A DNA stretch of 24,000 nt from an uncultured Clostridia bacterium (lineage in GTDB: Bacteria > Bacillota > Clostridia > Oscillospirales > Acutalibacteraceae). How positions within the stretch are numbered: position 1 is the stretch's first letter; every line of letters begins with the position of its first letter. Of the stretch, positions 8,285 through 14,159 are shown piece after piece. The notes under the pieces are model-generated. The model had not been told where the DNA came from. It did not search any database and saw nothing but the letters and a program-made list of their open reading frames with translations. The position numbers and the translations under genes are program-made. Where the stretch lies: assembly GCA_944380775.1 (NCBI GenBank), contig CALWIP010000023.1, positions 170,633 to 194,632 on the forward strand, written 5' to 3'.

Positions 8285-9508
8285 TCATCCTACGTTTGAA
8301 TCCCCCGTCATTTCATCCCCGCCGCCGGTGAAGATCTCCGATTCCACCGCGATATTTTCCAACCCGGTGTATTGCACCTGGAGCCGGTACACGCCGCCCT
8401 GCACCGCGGCCCGTTCTTCCGCCCGCAAAAGCTCTACGCCTTCCCAGGCGTCCGTTTGCGCCTGGATTTCCCGCCACGCCTGCGCCGCGGCTTCCTCTTC
8501 CGTCAGCACGACCTCGCGCTCTTGAAAGCCCTCCCAGCGCTCGATGTAAAGCGATACCGGCAGGGAAACCCCGCCAAAAGAAAGCGTTTCCACACGCGCC
8601 GTGCAGGAATACCCTTCCTGCGGCGCGGGGACGGCCGTCAACGGGAACTGCAGGCTGAAGACGCGCAGGCTGCGGCGTTCGACCGTCTCCCCGGTGGGTT
8701 CCCGTATGGTCTGCCGCAGCGGGACCTCCGCCTCCGCGGTGCGCTGCGTCCGCGCGAGGACCTCGCCCGCCGCGTGGCTCAGGTGGGAGGCGCCGTATAC
8801 GTCTTCCCAAACCCCGCTGATCAGCAGCTGCCCTTCCGCCACGGCGTCCCCCGGGGAAACCGCCGCCTCGCCCTCGGTGGCATGGATGGACACGACCTGC
8901 CCGGCGCGCGCCGCCTTGACATTATAATAGCGTCCGGACTCTTTCACCGGCGGCGTCTCCACACGCTCTGAAAGCGTGATCGTCGCGACGCTCCCACGGG
9001 TATTGACGGAAATCCATCCGGCGTCCGGGTACCGGCGCATCAGCGACTGCTGCAAAAGATCCGGGTCGATATCCCCGCGCGGCACGCCGGGAAACAAACC
9101 GAGCAACTCCGCCTGCGCCAGCAATTCCTGGGCCTGAGGCCCAGAAACCCCCGCCACGTTGACGCTCCAGATGCAGGACGGCATCCAGAGCAGCAGCGCC
9201 GCCGCCAACGCGCCGCCCGCTACAAGCCCTTTGCGCCTCCGGCAGGCGCGCAGCCAAAACGGAAGGCCGTTCCGCCTGGAGACCCGCAGGCGCACCCCGG
9301 CGCGCCGCGCGGGCGCGCGCAGGCCCGCGTACTGCCCCGCCCGGACTGACGCCGAAAAGGCCTCCCCACGCCGCCTCACGCCCCAAAGGCTCGCGCCGGA
9401 GCGGGCCGCCAGGCTAAAGAAGCGCTCCCCTGCGCCGCGCCGTCCCCCTTGCGGAAAGACGGAAAACGTCACAGACCCGAGAAGCCACCGGGCCAAACCT
9501 GCCAGCAT
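8285..9508 (-). CDS. yqfD: Sporulation protein YqfD (stage IV sporulation-type membrane protein)
   Basis: 407 aa. The N-terminus MLAGLARWLLGSVTFSV is followed by one central TM segment (LVAGGALAAALLLWMPSCIW). The region WSVNVAGVSGP...ELLAQAELLGLFPGVPRGDID matches the YqfD architecture. The position between yqfC and phoH supports the call. Confidence 0.8.
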   Translation of the reverse strand: MLAGLARWLLGSVTFSVFPQGGRRGAGERFFSLAARSGASLWGVRRRGEAFSASVRAGQYAGLRAPARRAGVRLRVSRRNGLPFWLRACRRRKGLVAGGALAAALLLWMPSCIWSVNVAGVSGPQAQELLAQAELLGLFPGVPRGDIDPDLLQQSLMRRYPDAGWISVNTRGSVATITLSERVETPPVKESGRYYNVKAARAGQVVSIHATEGEAAVSPGDAVAEGQLLISGVWEDVYGASHLSHAAGEVLARTQRTAEAEVPLRQTIREPTGETVERRSLRVFSLQFPLTAVPAPQEGYSCTARVETLSFGGVSLPVSLYIERWEGFQEREVVLTEEEAAAQAWREIQAQTDAWEGVELLRAEERAAVQGGVYRLQVQYTGLENIAVESEIFTGGGDEMTGDSNVG

Positions 9509-9520
9509 CCGCAGCCCCCC

Positions 9521-9796
9521 TCACCATAAAAATTCAATTCCGGTAAAAAAGCCCTCTACCACCAGGGAATCCGCCGCCAGGCATTTGATCCGCAGGCCGC
9601 GGCCGACAAAACGCACCGCCAATTTCCCCGTGCGCACGCGCACGCTTTCTTCGCTGTATTCCAGGATGCCGCCGCAGCCTTCGACCACCGCTTCCCGGTT
9701 CCCGTTGAGTTCCATATGCGCCCCGCCCATCGGCCCAGGGATTCCCATCCGCTGCGCGAGACCTCGCGCGGCGCCCTGCTCCCGCTTCACCGGCAC
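9521..9796 (-). CDS. yqfC: Sporulation protein YqfC
   Basis: The C-terminal part reads HMELNGNREAVVEGCGGILEYSEESVRVRTGKLAVRFVGRGLRIKCLAADSLVVEGFFTGIEF. This matches the YqfC pattern (PRITLIGN..L.IENHRGILEY.....V). I prefer the in-frame GTG at 9796, preceded by AGGAAGGGGGG, which gives the family-typical ~91 aa. The ORF-track start at 9868 is the alternative. Confidence 0.7.
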   Translation of the reverse strand: MPVKREQGAARGLAQRMGIPGPMGGAHMELNGNREAVVEGCGGILEYSEESVRVRTGKLAVRFVGRGLRIKCLAADSLVVEGFFTGIEFLW

Positions 9797-9911
9797 GCCC
9801 CCCTTCCTGCCGCGCCCGCAGGATCCCCGCGCCGCAGCCCGTTTTCCTAGCGTATGCGCCGGGGGCAAGAAAAATCACCGGGAGACATATACATGCAGGG
9901 AGGTGAGCGCT

Positions 9912-11030
9912 ATGCGAACGATTTCCCTTCCGCACCCCGGCCGGATTCTTCCGCTGGCGGCCGCCCTGGCCGCCGCAGCCGCCCTGCTCGCCCTGCCGCA
10001 GGCCGCGTCCGCCGGCGCGGCGCAGGGCGTGCGCTCCTGCCTGGAATTGCTGGTTCCCACACTTTTCCCGTTCATGGTCCTCTCGGGCTATCTTTCGTGT
10101 TCCGGGGCCGCCCGGCTGCTCGGGCGGCCGCTGGACCGCGTAACCCGCGCGCTGTTCCGTCTTCCGGGCAGCGCCGCGCCGGTTTTCCTCTTAAGCCTGG
10201 TGGGCGGCTACCCCGTCGGCGCGCGGGGGGCCGCTTCGCTGCGGCGCGCCGGGCAAATTTCTGACAGCCAGATGCAGCGCATGCTGCTGTTCTGCGTCAA
10301 CCCGGGGCTCGCGTTCACCGTGAGCACGGTGGGCGCAGAGGCGTTCGGCAGCGCGCCGCTGGGCTGGCTCTTGTTTGCAGCGCAGGCGGTTTCTTCCCTG
10401 CTGCTCGGCGTGGCAGTTAGCTGGCCCGCCCGCAGGGAAACGGAGGTCCCGCCGGCCCCCGACGCGCCGGATCCGCCGGGACAGGCGCTTTCCCAAGCCG
10501 TCGCAGGCGCTTCCCGCGGGATGTTCCAGCTCTGCGCGTTCGTCGTGTTGTTTTTTGTACTCGCATCACTGTTGGAAGCCTCCGGCGTGCTGGAAGCCGC
10601 CGCACGCGCGCTGCATGCGCTTGGCGTGCCTTCCCCTGCGGCGGACGCGCTGGTCCCGTTTTTGCTTGAGGTTGTGAACGGCTGCCGCGTGGGCGCGCAG
10701 GCCGGGGCGGGCCTGCCGCTTTTCGCATTCGGGATCGCCTGGGGCGGCCTCTGCGTCCATTTGCAGGTGTGGGCCGCCGCCGGAGGGCTCCCCGTCCCAC
10801 GCGCAGCGTTCTGGCTCGCCCGCCTGCTGCACGGCGCGTTGTCCGCGGCCCTTTGTTCCCTCTTCCTGCGGTTTTTCCCCGCGGCCCGGCCGGCCTTCCT
10901 CGGCAGCACCGCGCCGGTGCAGGCGCAGAACGCCGCATCCCTCCCTGCATCGACAGCCCTGCTCCTTCTCTGCGCCGTTTTTTTATTTACCTGCGGAAAA
11001 AGTAGAAATTCGGAATCCCCCGTGTTATAA
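9912..11030 (+). CDS. ylbJ: Sporulation integral membrane protein YlbJ (nucleoside-recognition/Gate domain family)
   Basis: ATG at 9912 is preceded by GGAGGTG. The polytopic membrane protein contains LELLVPTLFPFMVLSGYL and SLVGGYPVGARGA, typical of YlbJ. The first 251 codons of ORF-track entry 9159..11030 are antisense to yqfD/yqfC and are not counted. Confidence 0.8.
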   Translation: MRTISLPHPGRILPLAAALAAAAALLALPQAASAGAAQGVRSCLELLVPTLFPFMVLSGYLSCSGAARLLGRPLDRVTRALFRLPGSAAPVFLLSLVGGYPVGARGAASLRRAGQISDSQMQRMLLFCVNPGLAFTVSTVGAEAFGSAPLGWLLFAAQAVSSLLLGVAVSWPARRETEVPPAPDAPDPPGQALSQAVAGASRGMFQLCAFVVLFFVLASLLEASGVLEAAARALHALGVPSPAADALVPFLLEVVNGCRVGAQAGAGLPLFAFGIAWGGLCVHLQVWAAAGGLPVPRAAFWLARLLHGALSAALCSLFLRFFPAARPAFLGSTAPVQAQNAASLPASTALLLLCAVFLFTCGKSRNSESPVL

Positions 11031-11074
11031 TGTGATGAGGAAAACCACGCGTTGAAATAGAAAAGGGGAATAAA

Positions 11075-11311
11075 ATGATTTTTTCCAACCGCTCCAAAAA
11101 GCAGGGATTGTTCGGAGGTTCCGTCGAGCCCGACTGTTCCTATTGCAGCAACCACACCGGCGAAGACGGCGCGGCCGGCTGCCGCTTTCATCTGACGCTG
11201 GAACCCGGCGGTTCCTGCCGGAAATTCACCTACGACCCGCTCCTGCGCACGCCGGAAGCGCCGGCCGGGTTTTCCGGCGGCTCATTCGACCCGGACGACT
11301 TCGCGCTGTAG
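11075..11311 (+). CDS. Small hypothetical protein with four Cys (CxxC...C...C)
   Basis: 78 aa, with a purine-rich ribosome-binding site AAAAGGGGA upstream. Cys residues at 21, 24, 36 and 48 (DCSYCSNH..AGCRFH..GSCRKFTYDP), then an acidic C-terminus. The family is not recognised with confidence. Confidence 0.55.
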   Translation: MIFSNRSKKQGLFGGSVEPDCSYCSNHTGEDGAAGCRFHLTLEPGGSCRKFTYDPLLRTPEAPAGFSGGSFDPDDFAL

Positions 11312-11450
11312 AGGCTTTCCGGAGGGTCCGGCGCTTTACAGTTTTGTAATTTGCTTTTCCCGCACCCCTGCCCGCCGGGCGGGTGGTATGATAAGAACAA
11401 AGAAAACGATTTGTGGCAAACGGCGTTCGCGCCGGGAAAAGGAGGCCGCC

Positions 11451-11939
11451 ATGCAAGCTTCTGTTTTGCGCGCATTCCGCCGCTCGATGGCTGGCGCCAT
11501 CGCTTTTTGCCTGACGGCGGCGCTGTTCTTATCCGTCGGGGTTTTCGGCCTGACGCGCGGCGAGTGGGTGTTCCTCGCAGGCATCGCGGACGGCCTGCTG
11601 CTCCTGCTCCTGGCGTGGTTTGCCGGCCCGGTTTATCAATTCGGCAAGCTCCCCGCGCGCGGGGTCGCGCCGCTGGCCTCGCTGCCCGCCCCGAAAAACC
11701 TGTTCCAATATTGGACGCATTACCGGGCGCTGGACCATGAGCTCGGCCTTCCCAAGAAAAAAGCGGCGGTTTACGCGCCGCTGCTTTTGACAATCCTCGC
11801 CGCCGTCCTGCTGGTTGCTGCGGTGTTCCTCATTGGGAACGCGCTGTTCCCCGCCGGCCCGGCGATGGGCATGGACCCCGGCATGGGGATGGATATGGAC
11901 ATGGGCATGGCCGGAATGGAGGCCGTCGCTATCGGATAG
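11451..11939 (+). CDS. Hypothetical membrane protein with three predicted TM segments and a Met-rich C-terminal tail
   Basis: I chose ATG at 11451 because AAGGAGG lies 6 nt upstream. Hydrophobic segments are AIAFCLTAALFLSVGVFGL, WVFLAGIADGLLLLLLAWFAG and VYAPLLLTILAAVLLVAAVFLIG. The tail reads PAMGMDPGMGMDMDMGMAGMEAVAIG. Confidence 0.6.
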   Translation: MQASVLRAFRRSMAGAIAFCLTAALFLSVGVFGLTRGEWVFLAGIADGLLLLLLAWFAGPVYQFGKLPARGVAPLASLPAPKNLFQYWTHYRALDHELGLPKKKAAVYAPLLLTILAAVLLVAAVFLIGNALFPAGPAMGMDPGMGMDMDMGMAGMEAVAIG

Positions 11940-11945
11940 TCAAAA

Positions 11946-11973
11946 GGGCTGCCCCGCGGGGCGGCCCTTTTTG
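11946..11973 (+). terminator. Rho-independent terminator after the Met-tail membrane protein gene
   Basis: GGGCTGCCC (11946-11954) pairs with GGGCGGCCC (11959-11967) around a CGCG loop. TTTTT follows at 11968-11972. Confidence 0.6.
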
Positions 11974-11976
11974 CGC

Positions 11977-12005
11977 TGGACTTTTCCCCGCCGCCATGAT
12001 ATACT
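11977..12005 (+). promoter_or_regulatory. Promoter driving the structured non-coding region upstream of the RT
   Basis: TGGACT (11977-11982), a 17-nt spacer and TATACT (12000-12005), with TG at 11997-11998 (extended -10, TGaTATACT). The predicted start is near G12012, the first base of the left inverted-repeat arm. Confidence 0.5.
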
Positions 12006-12011
12006 GAACAT

Positions 12012-12204
12012 GCGGACGGGGCGGCAGCGTTTGCCTGCTTTCCGCAGGGGGCCGGCGAGTCGCGCGGCCTATTTTTGTTTGAGCGGCGCAAAGCTCCGCT
12101 TTGCCGGGGAACGCGGTCCTCGACGTGTTCACGACATCTTTCCAGATGTAACCACACGCCTGCGGCCGCCTTCCCGTAGAATTTTTTGTGCCGCCCCGCG
12201 CCGC
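12012..12204 (+). ncRNA. Candidate retron msr-msd non-coding RNA
   Basis: The left arm GCGGACGGGGCGGCA (12012-12026) is complementary to the right arm TGCCGCCCCGCGCCGC (12189-12204), giving 10+4 bp and enclosing 162 nt. G12027 in an AGC context follows the left arm. Local hairpins lie at 12034-12048, 12050-12069 and 12088-12104. A long imperfect hairpin spans 12107-12175. The region sits directly upstream of, and co-oriented with, a retron-type RT. Confidence 0.5.
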
Positions 12205-12283
12205 TTTCTTTATTTAAAACTCTTTTTATAAAAAGTCTCCAGGAAATCAAAAGGGATGCGCATCTGCGCAAGGAGGCAGGGGA

Positions 12284-13309
12284 ATGTCGCCCGAATTGAT
12301 GGCGTTCTGCGCCTATTGCTATCCCGGCCGGGATGAAGAAGGCCTGCGGCGTGCGTATGGCCAAATGATCCGCTTCACCCGCAAGCGGCTACAGACCGGT
12401 TTTTACACCGCGCTGCGCCTGCCAAAGCCCGGCGGCGGCGAACGCGTGGTCTTGGCGCCCAGCCCGGGCCTCAAGCGGGCGCAGGCGGCCGCGGCTTTGC
12501 TGCTCGCGGCGGAACCGGTCTCGCCCTACGCATGCGCCTACCGCAAGGGCGTTTCGCTGCGGGACAACGCCGCGCCGCACACCGGCGCGCCGCTGCTGCT
12601 CAAAACGGACCTGCGGGATTTCTTCGGCAGCGTCCGCTTCCCGGCGGTTTACCGCGCGTTTGACGGCGCGCTGCACCGCGCGCCGCCGCCGTTTCTGGCG
12701 CGCCGCCCGGAGGGGGAACCGTATCCGCTCAGCTTTTTCCTCGCGCGGCTTTGTACCTGCGAAGGCTCCCTCCCGCAGGGTTCCCCTGCCAGCCCCGTGC
12801 TCTCGAACCTGGCGTTTGCCGCCTGCGACCGCCGCATTGCCGCGTACTGCGGGGAACGGGGCATTTCCTACACCCGCTACAGCGACGACCTCACGTTCTC
12901 CGGCAAATTCTCCGCAGAGGCGCTGCTGCGCTTTCTGGACCGCCTGCTCGAGGACTCCGGTTTTTCGCGCCACCCGGGCAAGACGGCCGCCGCCGGCCCC
13001 GGCGCGCGCCACCGGGTAACCGGGCTTTCCGTCTCCGACCGGGTGCTCGCCCCGCGTGAATTCCGGCGTGCGATCCGCCAAGAATTTTATTATATCCAAA
13101 AATTCGGCCTTGCGCCGCATCTGGCCCGCCGGGGCGGGCCGGATTCCCCCGAAGCGCAAGAGGCCGCGCTGGCCGCGCTGCTTGGGCGCGTCTCGTTCGT
13201 CCTGCAAATGGACCCGCAGAACCGCGACTTCCTGCGCTACCGCGCGCTCTGCCTCGGCCCGCTGCGGGACGCCGTCGCCCGCGAATACCGGTACAGGAGG
13301 TTTCTATGA
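12284..13309 (+). CDS. Retron-type reverse transcriptase (RNA-directed DNA polymerase)
   Basis: AGGAGG lies 7 nt upstream of the ATG. Motifs are NAAPH (aa 95-99), LLLKTDLRDFFGSV (motif A), LPQGSPASPVLSNL, YTRYSDDLTFS (YxDD) and HRVTGLSV (VTG). At 341 aa it has no maturase or endonuclease domain. Confidence 0.9.
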   Translation: MSPELMAFCAYCYPGRDEEGLRRAYGQMIRFTRKRLQTGFYTALRLPKPGGGERVVLAPSPGLKRAQAAAALLLAAEPVSPYACAYRKGVSLRDNAAPHTGAPLLLKTDLRDFFGSVRFPAVYRAFDGALHRAPPPFLARRPEGEPYPLSFFLARLCTCEGSLPQGSPASPVLSNLAFAACDRRIAAYCGERGISYTRYSDDLTFSGKFSAEALLRFLDRLLEDSGFSRHPGKTAAAGPGARHRVTGLSVSDRVLAPREFRRAIRQEFYYIQKFGLAPHLARRGGPDSPEAQEAALAALLGRVSFVLQMDPQNRDFLRYRALCLGPLRDAVAREYRYRRFL

Positions 13310-14136
13310 ACATCGGCTGCCATTTGTCCATCGCCAAAGGCTACCGCGCAATGGGCGATCAGGCGCTTGCCCTCGGCGCCAACACGTTTCAATTTTTCAC
13401 CCGCAGCCCGCGCGGCGGCAAAAGCAAAGCGGCGGACCCCGCGGACCTGGCCGCGCTGCGCGCGCTACTGGCAGAGCGCCGGTTTGCCCCCCTGGTTGCG
13501 CACGCGCCGTATACGCTCAACCCCTGCGCAAAGGACGAGGGCCTGCGGGACTTTGCGCTGCGCGTGATGCGGGAAGACCTCGCGCTGCTCGCGCAGCTAC
13601 CGGGGAATTTTTATAACTTCCACCCCGGCTGCCATGTCGGCCAAGGCGTCGAAACCGGCGTCGCGTGGATTGCCGCGCTGCTCAACCAGGTGCTGCCTGC
13701 GGCGGAGGGCTGCGGCGTCCTGCTCGAAACGATGTCCGGCAAGGGCAGCGAGATCGGCGGGCGCTTTGAGGAATTGCGCGAGATCATCAGCCGCGTGGAG
13801 GGAAACGGCGCGCTCGGCGTCTGCCTGGACACCTGCCATGTGTATTCCGCGGGGTACGACCTCGTGAACGACTTGGACGGCGTTTTGACGGAATTTGACC
13901 GCGTGATCGGCCTGCAACGCTTAAAGGCGGTGCATTTGAACGACAGCCTGACGCCGTTCGCCAGCCGAAAGGACCGGCACGCAAAGATTGGCGAGGGTTC
14001 GCTCGGTTTGGATGCGATTTCGCGGATCCTTTTCCACCCGGCGCTGCGGGACCTCCCTTTTGTGCTGGAGACGCCGAATGAATTGGACGGTTACCGGGAA
14101 GAAATCCGCCTGCTGCGCGGCCTTGCGCCCGCATAA
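13306..14136 (+). CDS. nfo: Endonuclease IV (deoxyribonuclease IV, AP endonuclease family 2)
   Basis: 276 aa and collinear with E. coli Nfo. All metal-ligand blocks are present: AHAPYTLN, NFHPGCH, LLETMSGKG, LDTCHVYSAGYD, HLNDS, RKDRHAKIGEG and FVLETP. The ATG overlaps the RT stop (ATGA at 13306-13309), and the Shine-Dalgarno AGGAGG lies at 13295-13300. Confidence 0.95.
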   Translation: MNIGCHLSIAKGYRAMGDQALALGANTFQFFTRSPRGGKSKAADPADLAALRALLAERRFAPLVAHAPYTLNPCAKDEGLRDFALRVMREDLALLAQLPGNFYNFHPGCHVGQGVETGVAWIAALLNQVLPAAEGCGVLLETMSGKGSEIGGRFEELREIISRVEGNGALGVCLDTCHVYSAGYDLVNDLDGVLTEFDRVIGLQRLKAVHLNDSLTPFASRKDRHAKIGEGSLGLDAISRILFHPALRDLPFVLETPNELDGYREEIRLLRGLAPA

Positions 14137-14159
14137 CGGCGAAACAGGGAGGGATGGCG

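Noticed and set aside
9159-9911. First 251 codons of the 623-aa plus-strand ORF 9159..11030
   Set aside because: This part is antisense to yqfD/yqfC and Pro/Arg/Ala-rich. The YlbJ homology and a good GGAGGTG ribosome-binding site begin only at ATG 9912.
10208-11191. 327-aa minus-strand ORF over ylbJ and the small Cys protein gene
   Set aside because: It is antisense to a polytopic membrane protein gene with family motifs. The composition is low complexity, Ala/Arg/Ser/Pro-rich.
11865-11921. ATG-GRN hexamer repeats, considered as a DNA-level tandem repeat, VNTR or CRISPR-like element
   Set aside because: The repeats are short and imperfect, lie entirely inside a reading frame, and have no spacers. 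They are best explained as coding for the Met-Gly/Asp tail.
12027-12188. DRT2-style never-ending ORF idea: the 162 nt enclosed by the inverted repeat is a multiple of three, and one sense frame has no stop codon
   Set aside because: A 54-codon stop-free frame is unremarkable at this G+C. Stops occur in the other two sense frames (TGA 12080, TAA 12149, TAG 12177). The RT also carries retron (NAxxH/VTG) rather than UG2-like features. It is worth a quick check only if msDNA turns out to be concatemeric.
12389-13207. 272-aa ORF antisense to the reverse transcriptase, considered as a hidden overlapping effector
   Set aside because: It is Arg/Ala/Gly-rich with no motif. It has no Shine-Dalgarno sequence or promoter that I can see. 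It is the same kind of antisense artefact seen opposite every other gene here.
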